A stretch of DNA of 63,028 nucleotides, filler included, from Diploschistes diacapsis (GCA_023645945.1; 18 parts of 18 records of this genome joined end to end with filler, not necessarily neighbours in it), one strand, 5' to 3'. Positions 11,088 to 21,864 are shown, numbered from the whole stretch's first letter. Notes: generated by a model from the sequence alone, not told the origin. Numbers and translations are program-made.

Positions 11088-12344
11088 AATTTTTCTAATA
11101 AGGATCTCTATCCTATAAAGTCTAAGATTCGTAAGTCTGCCGTCTTCAACAATTAACGTTGCGCAACCAACCTACCTATGCAGATATTGTGGGCTCCGGT
11201 CTAGGATACTTGGCCTTGGATGCCAGCATTCCTTTATTCTTAAGTTCTTGACCCATTGATATATGATATGTCAGTGGTGATCCAAAAGACCTCTCCTACC
11301 GAGTAGGAGAAAGGCCCCGGCTTTTCAGTTTGGTTGATTCTTCGGTGTGCTGGAGAGCTTCCTAAAGCCAGTTATGGAGGCTTCAGGTCGCCTCCGCAGA
11401 AGACCCGAGCTTGTGGGCCAAGAAGAGGGCGGATGAAGGAGAAGTTGTGGAAGTGAGGTCCCGCCAACTTGGTGGTATTCACAGGAGGGGGTGTTGACGG
11501 CGCCAGCTTCAAAGGCCTTTTGAGATTTGATTGGAGAAATACGAAAGACTGACGCAGTCCTTCGTATGAGAAGTTTCTGTTGTAGTGTTTTGCAGGCACG
11601 GCCCACTGTCTCTTGCGAGGGCAATAGGCTCTCTTCGAGACAACTTGAAATTCCAAAATTTGGAGACTTGAAGACGAAGCGAGGACTATCGCAAACAAGA
11701 ATAAGACAAATTAAGTGCACAAAGTGCGAAGAACAAAGCGTTTGCTGGGCAAAAGAAAGATTGAGATGAAAAGGGTGAGGTGGGCTCTTAGGCTTTTAGG
11801 AATGACCTTTAGTGTGCGCCCTCGGTACAAAAATGGCGATCGCCTTGGCCTGCGCTTTCCAGGAGCGGTCAAACCTAGAACGAATTCCTTTGTGCTTAGC
11901 CACACGGATCAAATTCAACAATGGCTCCTCGAGTATAGAAGAAATGCCAGAATCAGATACATGCCCGTTTTTGTGGGAATACTTTTTTATTCTAAGTCTT
12001 CAATTTTCTAGATAGCTTTTTCCCGTACGTCGTTTGACCTCTATTTGGGTAGACCTGCGCATGCGAAGATTCATCCATCTCCTTATTCCCCGATACCCAA
12101 CAGATATGATTCATGATCTTTCCTACCTATACAGAATGTAGCTGGTAGGCAGGGCCTGGTATTCGGATCTCTGCCTCCCGTTACTCCCATAGATGCACAC
12201 TTTACAAGACAGCGCTTTCGCAAAGTAATGATCGATGGTTCATAGTCTCGGATGAGTCAGGTTCACTCCTAATGTATTCCTCAGTGTGAGGCTGAGACTA
12301 TCAGAAAATAACCACATAAATATGTCTTGAACGTTTTTATGGCT

Positions 12345-14523
12345 TCAACTCATAGCCGCCCCTGTAACGGAGGAGGGTAAGAAGGCCCACACGGTGCCAA
12401 ATATAGCAAGGATGGAACAAGAGACGATCAAACCCCAGTCTATCACGAGCTCGGTAATGCTGATCTCTTTACCAAATATCCGGAGGTAGAACGAAACAGG
12501 TAGGATGACACAGATCGTGAAGCAGAATGCCGATCCCATGAGCGCCATCACTCGATCAAATGATGGCACCAGAATAGCAATGGCGGTTACCACGAGCGCA
12601 ACAGATATACGCACTCCGCCCTTTACCAAACCTCGAGAGAGCCCGGACATACCCACCAGGCCCTCAGAATTCGGGACTTCGCGAGGACCAAGACCGCAAA
12701 GGTGCTCCATAGTACTATATATCGGTCGGGCACTTCACGGTCAGCTAAGAGGAAAGCAGCCACATACGAAACAACTTACTTCAGCGGTATCTTGGTTAGC
12801 GGAATGATTGAAATGCAAATTGCTATCATATACGATATGGACTTGGGATAACCTTTCGTCACAAAGATGTTTGCCGTTATCTCGTCTCGAAGCATGTCCC
12901 CGAACATGAGTAGGCCAACGATGGCAAGGCTTGCATTGATAAGAAACTAGAGGGACAGTCAGCAAAATATTGCTTGTCATTGGCAACAAGCCTACGGTAA
13001 AGCCAAATGTCACTTGAAGACTCCTGCCGTATCTATGTGGGTGACGCATATCTCGATAAATGTTGGGGAACACGGCATGGCCTCCCCATGGACTCATCAA
13101 AAGACCAAAACTAAGAGGCAGTGTAGACCAATCAGTTGGCAAGAGGTAGGTTACTGCCGGCTCTCGTAAGGACCCGGGAGCGTTGGGCTTAATTGTACCA
13201 TCAACAATCACAAGAGTGACAACTATCTAATTTAGCATGCTCACTTCGACTCTTCCGGGATGCATACTCAACAAGCAGCAAATGATCCCCAAAGAACTGG
13301 TGTATCCCAGGAGCCTAAGTGGCACGAAGCTCAAGGGTATCATGATGACGCCGCAGACAATTTTGAACTCCAAAAGTCCCCACCCTGGAATCAATATATT
13401 TAGGCTATCGGCGAAGAGGACGAAAAGAGCCACACAAGCCGCAGTCAATTCTAGAGTAAATAACAGACCGATAAAAACCTGAGCTCTGGGTCCGAAGGCG
13501 ATATAGGCAAGATCGGAGAAGGTTATCTGGTTTCGGTCGACTGTCAAGCACTTCCCCAGTAGACGCGCCGTGTAGCCAGTCACGATAGCAGAGACACTTA
13601 GAAAAAGTAGGCCAATTAGCCAGCCGGCGTACTTGATTCCTAGGGGAAGACTGAGTAAACCAACACCAATGAGGACATTGGTACTATTGAGAACTGTCTG
13701 ATAGATGGTACTTTGCCCAACGACTTCCATAACCATCTTTCCGTCTTCCTGTTGAACCCTCCTGATCAACATGGGCTCGACATCTTTATCAGGCTCCTGA
13801 ATTCCAGTTGTTTGCTGTTCCATAAACAAGCGGGAGGCCGTCTCTCTCGTAGTTTCATTCGTCCATGCGGATAGAGAACCGTAAGTGCCCCCAAAGCTAG
13901 CAGAAAACGCTGAAGAACGATAGGAGGCAGGGAAGACGGTATCCCTGTTCGGTGATGCCGATAGACTGCGAGGAGAAGCTGCATCTGGTGGTAGTTGTTG
14001 AACATCTTCACCACTGTCGTGGACAGCCATTTCCCGCCGACCCTCATGTTCGAGTTGCTGCCGTAGGAGAGACCTCGGCTGGACGGAAGACCGCTCCGCG
14101 TCCCGTAAACGACGTATATCAGGCTGACTGCCATCCTCCGTGATGGCAAATGAGGCTCTGGTTGGAGTGAACTCATGGAAAGCGACAGCACGTTGCCAAG
14201 ACCTTGCGAAGTTCTCTAGACTATTTACGCCACCAGCCTGGGTGAATGAATTGATTCGCATGGATATTGAGGACCTACACTTATGCTGTCATTAGCTGGA
14301 CGATTTCTGGATAGCTAATTAACATGCGTGCAAGCAGACAGACGTGCCTTTTACGTTGGAGATCTAGACTGCCGTTGGAGTCATGCCTGTCTGGAGGCAC
14401 AAGGCGGTCCGCCTCTGTGCTTCGGTCGAAGTGTACTGCACTAGCGGTCGAGGTCACTGAGCCCTGGTATGAGGAAGATCGGCCATGCTCATATTCTTCC
14501 CAGTTGGTCGGATATTTCGCCAT
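12345..14523 (-). CDS. AVT1: Vacuolar amino acid transporter, Aa_trans family, Avt1-like
   Basis: Starts MAKYPTNWEEYE. Introns 14347-14275 (GC-AG), 13267-13223, 12995-12947, 12779-12733. Motifs GGVNSLENFARSWQRA, GQSTIYQTVLNSTNVLIGVGLLSLPLG, GGHAVFPNIYRDMRHP and KIPLNARP. Confidence 0.88.
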
Positions 14524-14999
14524 TTTGCTTGAACGATGGTAACCGGTATTCAGGCCCGAAGCCGTGATGTGCGGGAGCACTCGACAACCTGCTGCAAGGC
14601 GAAACTGGGTGTCACACGGGTACAATGATTGTGCGTTCTACCGCATGTCCACACGTGCGTCCAATTACTGAACGAATGGACTGACTTTTAGTATAACGAT
14701 GGAGAGTAGCATAAAGATATACGAAGACAAGTGAAGTGTGCGCTGGTTCTAATGAGAAGATAATCTTCTCACGCATAAAAAGAAAATGGGGAGGAAAAGT
14801 TAGTGAATTGACGTAGGTTACCTGTCACTTTCAATCACGAGATCGAAGTAGATGCATATGATAAAGCGCCGGCGCATTCAAATAAGTACTTTTCGAGTTG
14901 GGACTAGAACACTGTACTCTATACCGTCAAAAATTATATTGTAAGAGCCAGACTTGGTCAGTCAGTAAAAGGTGTTTCCGGTTATTGATGGCATTCAAG

Positions 15000-15016
15000 C
15001 TGTGACTCAGCCCTAC
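15000..15016 (+). promoter_or_regulatory. Homol-D-like (TGTGACT) plus TCAGCCCTAC motif upstream of eRF1
   Basis: CTGTGACTCAGCCCTAC lies ~105 nt upstream of the ATG. The AGCCCTAC core is shared with the RPL39 and RPL25/BMT2 promoters. Confidence 0.5.
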
Positions 15017-15121
15017 AAGCCAGCACCAGCAGCCCCTCCATCAAGAAAAAATCATGAATACATGACAGAAATTGGACAACAACGATACGCCTTACACAGG
15101 AATATTCAACCCCAGTCAACC

Positions 15122-17320
15122 ATGAGTAACCCTCAGGCCACCGAGGCCGAGAAGAATATTGAGATGTTCGTTATGGCCATCGCTCAACGGAGATGTGATT
15201 TGATTCTGACATGCTGGGTGCAGATGGAAAGTCAAGCGCTTGATCAAGAGTCTGGAGGCAGCAAGGGGTAATGGAACCTCAATGATCTCGTTGGTTATTC
15301 GTGAGCGCAGCCTTCCCAATTCATCTTTTGCTCCAGCTTATTCGACTTGTAGCTCCCAAAGATCAGGTATCGCGTATCGCAAAAATGCTGGCTGAAGAGT
15401 TCGGAACCGCATCAAACATCAAATCCCGTGTCAATAGACAGTCCGTCTTAGTTTGTGCCACAAATGCTCCTCGACAGAGAGCACTTGCTGACAATTTTTC
15501 TACAGTCTGCCATTACGTCGACACAGCAAAGGCTCAAGCTATACTCTAAAATACCCCCAAATGGCCTAGTTGTGTATTGCGGAGAAATAATAACCTCAGA
15601 GGGAAAAGAGCGGAAGATAAACATCGATTTCGAGCCATTCAAGCCCATCAACACGTCCCTATACTTGTGTGATAACAAATTTCATCTTGAAGCCCTCAGC
15701 GAGCTGTTGGAATCAGACCAACGTTTCGGCTTCATTATCAGTTTGCTTGCACCCAGAGATGTCGGAAGCTGTTCGCTGACTGGGGCTAGTGGATGGTAAT
15801 GGAGCTTTGTTTGGTACCTTGAGCGGAAATACGCGCGATGTGGTGCACAAATTCTCAGTCGATCTGCCGTAAGCCCATGAGTGTTCTGGAGTTTCATTGG
15901 ATTGACTGACTACGAACAGGAAGAAGCACGGCCGGGGTGGACAATCTGCCCTTCGTTTCGCTCGATTACGAGAGGAGAAGCGCCATAGTAAGGTCTTGAG
16001 CTGTCCGCGGGGCTGTCATATGTCTAACCATATACAGACTACGTGAGGAAAGTAGCAGAGCTTGCTGTACAGAACTTCATCACAAATGACAAGGTCAACG
16101 TTGCAGGCATTGTTCTAGCCGGCTCTGCAGACTTCAAGAACGATCTCAATGCCTCTGACATGTTTGACCAGCGTCTCTCAGTACGTGGCTCCATTGTCGC
16201 TAAACTTCTGAACGTATTGCACATATTTGGCTCGAAATCCTTAGAAATCTTGTTTTCTCCTCTTCTCCTTCCTTCTCTCCATGTTTCTTTTTTAATGCCT
16301 TTCTCTCTTTGCTTGTCTTTGTTAACCAGTTATTCTGTATCCTACTCCACAGCACGATAGAATCCATGCGACCTGCGTTTAGATAGATTGACATGTTATT
16401 TTTCTTTAGTTACCGAAGCACTGCATCAGAATCTGCTATTCTTTACTAACATTTTGATAGTCCAAGGTCATAAAAGTTGTGGATGTCTCGTATGGTGGAG
16501 AGAATGGCTTCAATCAGGCTATCGAACTTGCCTCTGAGACGTTGGGAAATGTGAAATTTATCCAAGGTTGGTAAAATCTTTGTCTCTGCTTATCTGTTGC
16601 AATCCGTGTTAGGCTTCTACCATGTGGTACTCTTAGCAGGGTCTGCTGGTGGGGGTGCACTCAACATACTAAAGAGGTACCCTTGATAGAAGCTCCAACT
16701 AAGTATCATGCAGAGAAAAAACTTATTGGAAAATATTTCGAGGAAATCAGTCAAGATACTGGCCGTGTGTGTTATGGTATAGATGATGTATGACTCCATG
16801 ACTGTTAACGCAAAGGTAAAGCTCACAATCGCAGGTCTTAAAAGCGCTTGAGGCCGGTGCTTGTGATACATTGATTGTGTTCGAAGACTTGGAAATAACA
16901 CGCTGGGTGTTGAGGGCGAGCGACGGTAGTGAGATTATTATCCATACAAACAAGCAACAAGAGGCGAACCGTGAACAATTCATGGATAAGGACACAGGCC
17001 AGGAGATGGAAATTGCTGACAGTGGCTCGTTCCTGGAATGGATAGCCGAGAAGCATCGCGACTTTGGAGCAACTCTAGAGTTTGTAAGTGATAGGAGCTC
17101 TGAAGGCAACCAGTTTGTAAAGGGTTTCGGAGGGATCGGCGCAATCGTAAGTCGAAATCGAAGCATCAAGGGTAGCATCCCCTGGCTAATATTGTGGTCT
17201 AGCTTCGTTATAAGCTCAATTTCGAGCAACTTGCTGACGTTGACGATGATGACGAATTCTATGACGGTAGGGGATCGTAAAAGAGGAGTTTTGTCTCATA
17301 TGCTAAACAACCTAGATTGA
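15122..17320 (+). CDS. SUP45: Eukaryotic peptide chain release factor 1 (eRF1)
   Basis: Eleven introns: 15166-15223, 15301-15352, 15451-15505, 15741-15789, 15869-15919, 15988-16037, 16181-16460, 16567-16713, 16788-16834, 17147-17202, 17267-17315. The spliced product has [34 protein letters not shown] and [11 protein letters not shown], and ends DDDDEFYDD*. Confidence 0.97.
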
Positions 17321-17509
17321 CGATTCTCTGACCTCGCAAAGGGCGAGGGAATGCGACCAGGTACTAGACAACAGCACGCAGTACTGATCGCTGCTCCCCG
17401 CGCCGAGCGCCTTAAAAAGCGCGCCGAACGAGGCAATTTGTCATGTCATAGACTCTTCCGAGCCACATGCCAATCCGTTTTTGTAGGTTGATGAATTTGA
17501 AGGAGGAAG

Positions 17510-17577
17510 GTTAGTATTACCTACAATTTATTACACTTTAATGACGTACAAAATTTAGTATTTCTGACGCCTTCCAG
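17510..17577 (+). other. Predicted 3'UTR intron of eRF1
   Basis: AAG|GTTAGT donor at 17510, branch TTCTGAC at 17562-17568, TTCCAG acceptor at 17577 (68 nt). A possible alternative acceptor GCTGAC...GGCAG lies at 17626. Confidence 0.7.
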
Positions 17578-18101
17578 AGTGCTTCATACAACAAGCTGAC
17601 CTGCGTTGGTCGATTCCTTTTGGCAGATGGCAATTCAGCGTTAGTCTAAAGGATTGCAGTGGGCCGGTGCGAGGGAGATGTGCAGTATGGAACGAGAAAA
17701 GTTGAAATTTGTTGCAAGAAGTAGTCACTCTTTATTACCATACACCAACCAGACGCTCTCAAGACCCATCTAAATAAATTGGATGATTACGTCCCACATG
17801 TATTTGGATCTATGATCCAATCGTCAAAATAATAGCCTTCCGCACAAATACACTACCACCGCTACCAACTCACGTGTATCCTGCGCACTGTTTTGGTGTT
17901 ATAGTGACACAAAGAATTGGGGACAAGAAATGTTGAGGACTTCAGACCTGGACAACCCGTGATTGACAAGACACTGGATGAAACGATTTCTAGCTTTTCC
18001 CGGCCTTCACTCGAAGGGATTGTTGCCAAAAAGATGAGATAGACTTCAAATATAGCAGCCCACGATATGCCTATGAACATGAAGGCTCGTGGAATCAAGT
18101 A

Positions 18102-19052
18102 TCACAAAACAACAGCGAAATTGTTCCTTGTACCACCCTTCCGTAACTCGCTTTTACCAAAGCGACACCCAGCTGCATCTCTTCGTTTGCAATCGAACCG
18201 GAAATAGTGATACACAAGCTTATTACCGATCTTGCTCACTAGAAGGTCGAAACCAAGACTCCCCATTATATTCTCCAGCTTCTCCTCGTTCAGATACCTC
18301 GAGTTCGTCACACACGGCGCTGGTAGAACAAGGAACAAACCTGGAAACCACCTGTTTAATTGTTCACCTGCCCTTCCAATTGCGACTGTACCCGGCTCCC
18401 TAAGAAAAGAACTGACGCGTTTCAGCATCAGACCCCTGCCAACCGCATCCCCTACGTAGTTGACCACAAGACTCAAGCTCACCACATCGAACCCTTGTGT
18501 TGCCCTTTCGGCCCTGTCCTTTGGTACGGGGCGGGCCATGAAATCCTGCTCTTCGATGGACGGGTGCTGGGAGTGCAGGTCTATGCGCGTAATTTGAAAC
18601 ATTCCGCTACGAGAGCATGCATTATCTGGGCGCAGGGCGCCAACTTCCAACAACCTGAGCGTGGGAGTAGATCCTGGTGGGTTTGGGGAAGTTTCGGTGA
18701 ATGACCCGGCGGTAAGGTTCTGGGATTTTGCATCCTTGAGCCACTCTATGAGCACGCGACTGGAGTCTCCGCCTCGATCGGCGGCTTGGCCTTGGATGCT
18801 GGCGCGTTGGTAGGCGTCCAGGCCGCCGGATTTGTCAATTCGGGCTTGTAAAGATGCCGTGAGGTCGCCATCTCCAGTAACTTTTGCTTGCTGGAGTTTC
18901 TTCTGTAGATTGTGATATGAGCGGATCACGGTGCGAGTGAGGCGTGAAGAAACCGTCACGGTGCGCTTGTTTTGAGCAGAAGGACCGCCTGGGCGCGAAC
19001 TGGAAAGGAGCTTTCTTTTGTGGTTTTGTTTTGCTTTAGATGTCGAGGCCAT
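18102..19052 (-). CDS. BMT2: 25S rRNA adenine-N1 methyltransferase Bmt2
   Basis: ATG at 19052 (MASTSKAKQ). Motifs GGLDAYQRASIQGQ...RGGDSS, LRLLEVGAL, ITRIDL, IEEQDFM, FDVVSLSLVVNYV, LFLVLPAPCVTNSRY and RNNFAVVL*. Confidence 0.92.
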   Translation of the reverse strand: MASTSKAKQNHKRKLLSSSRPGGPSAQNKRTVTVSSRLTRTVIRSYHNLQKKLQQAKVTGDGDLTASLQARIDKSGGLDAYQRASIQGQAADRGGDSSRVLIEWLKDAKSQNLTAGSFTETSPNPPGSTPTLRLLEVGALRPDNACSRSGMFQITRIDLHSQHPSIEEQDFMARPVPKDRAERATQGFDVVSLSLVVNYVGDAVGRGLMLKRVSSFLREPGTVAIGRAGEQLNRWFPGLFLVLPAPCVTNSRYLNEEKLENIMGSLGFDLLVSKIGNKLVYHYFRFDCKRRDAAGCRFGKSELRKGGTRNNFAVVL

Positions 19053-19162
19053 CTTGTGGTAGACGACCTCGACGGGATACTCAATTCTCACACCATTTTG
19101 CTATGAGTTCGGGGATCGTTTATAGGTGGCCACAGGACGCAGGAGACTTTGCAACGATTCAC

Positions 19163-19240
19163 GTAGGGCTGAAGGCGCGATCTCCGCTGGAAAAACTCAA
19201 TTTCCGACTCGGTAAGCCCACAGTTTAGCCCTACCCTAAG
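19163..19240. promoter_or_regulatory. Divergent BMT2/RPL25 promoter with two oppositely oriented TTYAGCCCTAC motifs
   Basis: GTAGGGCTGAA at 19163-19173 and TTTAGCCCTAC(CCTA) at 19224-19238, within a 270-bp intergenic region. Confidence 0.55.
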
Positions 19241-19322
19241 CAGAAATTCGAGATCGATAACCTCATGCGTGCAAGGTCATAGTCGTCTTCGATTCTTTGT
19301 TTTCGCGAAGATATCTGACATA

Positions 19323-20141
19323 ATGGCACCAAAAAGCAAAGAGGCTGGTAAGTCAATCATCTTGGGAGCATCCCGCATTACTTGAGTTTGGCCGGCTGGG
19401 TAAAGAGCGCGCAGGCATTGAGAGAGCTCAGCTTCCTGCTCGTGGTTACGAAGCCCGAAGTTGCATGCAGATGCGTGAGCTAACATGTTCCTTCTTTAGC
19501 AGGCAGCAAAGCCAAATCGAAGCCCTCGAAACCGAACGCCAAAGCTAACCAAGCCGCAAAGGCCACTCTACGCGGTGTAAGGGGTCCCACCCATGCATCT
19601 CTGTACCTCCACATATCGAACGCTTTCGCCCGTCTTCTGCTTACACGGGTTTCTCGCTATCTAGCAACATGGCCAAAAAGTCCGCAAAGTCCGCCTCTCG
19701 ACGACCTTCCACCGGCCCAAGACCCTCAAGCTCTCCCGCTCGCCCCGCTACCCTCGCAAGTCCATCCCGCACGAACCCCGGCTAGATGCGCACAAGGTGC
19801 TCATCAACCCGCTCAATACGGAATCCGCGATGAAGAAGATTGAGGAGAACAACACGCTCGTCTTTGTGTGCGACGTCAAGGCGAACAAGAGGCAGATCAA
19901 GCAGGCGCTGAAGACGCTGTACGACGTTGAGTGCGTGAAGATCAATACACTGATTAGGTACGTGGTTCTCCTTGTTTGACGGTGGTAGCAATTTGAGGTT
20001 GAGGTGCTGGCGTTCTGGGCCAGGGTTTGGGAAGGGCTTACGGAAATGCATAGGCCCGATGGCTCGAAGAAGGCGTACTGCCGTTTAACACCGGATCAAG
20101 ATGCTCTTGACATTGCGGCGACAAAGCTCTCGATTGTTTGA
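19323..20141 (+). CDS. RPL25: 60S ribosomal protein L25 (uL23)
   Basis: Introns 19348-19499, 19577-19664 and ~19958-20053. Spliced product includes [48 protein letters not shown] and [13 protein letters not shown]. Confidence 0.97.
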
Positions 20142-20486
20142 ATGGGGAAGTACGTGTGGGGCGTGGGTGCAGGCATGGCTCAGTGGGAAGATGGCAGGAA
20201 ATGTCGTATATTTCATACCACCAATGAGATTTTAAGCGTGCACAGGAGAATGCTTTAATATTATAGTAAAGCCAATTTCAATGTCACACCACCAATCGAG
20301 CCAGCAAAGTTGCAAAAGCAGACCTAACGGCCAGCCGAACTCCGACACACCACCAAAAATTGCCCCAATCTATCCATGATGCGCCATAACCCATATGTAT
20401 GCAACACCCCATGATATCCATACAACCCATTCCTCGAAACAACCCCAGCCTCTCCATCTCCCCTTTCCCCCTCATCCAACACTCGA

Positions 20487-20585
20487 NNNNNNNNNNNNNN
20501 NNNNNNNNNNNNNNNNNNNNNNNNNNNNNNTTAATTAATTAANNNNNNNNNNNNNNNNNNNNNNNNNNNNNNNNNNNNNNNNNNN
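20487..20585. other. Artificial contig linker N-TTAATTAATTAA-N (recurs at every gap)
   Basis: The same palindromic 12-mer, with stops in all six frames, sits at the centre of each ~100-nt N run throughout the window. Confidence 0.98.
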
Positions 20586-20810
20586 NGTCCGAAGGAAGTC
20601 GGATTACGCTCACGACGCTATAATAAATATAATCAATCCGAGCATAATGCGCGAACTTACGAAATAGAATCTATAACTTCTAAAAAAGATATTAATAATT
20701 AATATAATAAATTATCGTACGAATTGATTACGCAAATGTAATTACAACTCGTACGAATCGAGAAAAATATCCGCTCGCTATAAGTGTCCGCTCGCTATAC
20801 ATATACGTTA
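20586..20810 (+). mobile_element. RIP-degraded 3' end of a second pogo/Fot1-like transposon
   Basis: Reads RRYNKYNQSEHNARTY, a CxxCxxxxHxxxxC knuckle with Cys to Tyr (G-to-A) changes. Then a TIR with two TCCGCTCGCTATA repeats ending ACGT followed by TA. Confidence 0.75.
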
Positions 20811-20819
20811 TATCGAGAA

Positions 20820-20904
20820 ATTTTTTATTACGGTATCCGTGTCCGTGTTTTTATTGCAGTATAGTGTCCGTGTTAGTGTCCGTGGCACGAAACGGCTTGC
20901 CTAT
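20820..20904 (+). mobile_element. Right end of hAT-type MITE, family B
   Basis: GTGTCCGT repeats ending GGCACGAAACGGCTTGCCTA, matching the end of the full copy at 31344. Confidence 0.75.
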
Positions 20905-20993
20905 AAACAATCTTTCGATTTATAAACGCTTTATATATCTCGCGAGGATATTCTTTTATTAATAATTAAAAATTATTACGATTAATAATTAAT

Positions 20994-21215
20994 TGGAACA
21001 TCCTGAACGTTTGTGGGTTCAAGGGTTGAGCCCTGGTAGGGCTGGTAGGGCTGGCACCCAGACTATTTATTGGTGCCCTCCTCCTACCTAGATAGTTTCT
21101 TCCTTGCCTTTTCAAATCTGAACCATTCAGTCTATAGATGCTTAGTTACACGTAATCTGTTCGGATCAGGCTCAGCCCCCGGTAGTGTAGCACCTATTCC
21201 TGTAGGAGCGTTCTA
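20994..21215 (+). mobile_element. Solo LTR related to family E, with 5-bp target-site duplication
   Basis: TGGAAC...GTTC(C>T)A termini flanked by TTAAT on both sides. Shares GCTGGCACCCA and CGGATCAGGC...CCCCCGGTAG with 26385-26702. Confidence 0.7.
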
Positions 21216-21343
21216 TTAATAGATTTTTTAAGGCGGCTATTAAGTTTATCGAAAAGAAAAAAAAACCCCGTTACGTCGAGCGACTTTACGGAACGATAAT
21301 GAAAGAGATTGGATTTTAGTTTCGATGAAAATATTTTTTATTA

Positions 21344-21864
21344 ACGTGTTTCACGGGGATTCCGGCCACCCCCAGATTCCGGCCACCTTAAATCGCTACT
21401 GCCAACATTCTACGGTTTTTAGATATAACCTATTCGTCGCAATCAGAATCTAATCGATCTAAATCAAATTTATTTTCCTTTTCTTTATTCTCTTCGATTT
21501 TAAAAACGCGACGACGTTTTTTACGCGTTATAAATCGTTTCGAAATTATTCGACTCGATTTTATCCGAATTATTATTTTAAGAACTTCGTTTGTATTAAA
21601 TATAAAACGATCTTTAATTCGATTCGTTTATTTAATTTACGTTTTTTACGATTATTAAAAAGCGTTTTTGTTCTCGGTTTTCTTTACAAAACGTTATAAA
21701 TTCAATATACGTCGATTTAAATATATAAATTATTCGATTCGAATAACGTCGAATCGAATTAAATAGTTTTAAAACGGCTCGTAACGTTTAATTAAATTCT
21801 TTATTGATCTGTCGTATTTCGTTCGTATTTAGTAAAGAACTATATAATAAGAATAAATTTAAAT
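21344..21864 (-). mobile_element. Family A pogo/Fot1-like transposon end
   Basis: Reverse-complement match to 1-367, with TA at 21342-21343. Confidence 0.8.

Noticed and set aside
15350..15700. Variant genetic code through altered eRF1 specificity
   Set aside because: GTS, TASNIKS, YLCDNKF and GGQ are canonical, and genes here end in TAA, TAG and TGA.
20487..20585. Regularly spaced TTAATTAATTAA palindromes that look like an array
   Set aside because: Artificial linker inside N runs. The small contigs decrease steadily from ~1279 to ~1270 bp, which shows size-sorted concatenation. Neighbourhoods across gaps are meaningless.
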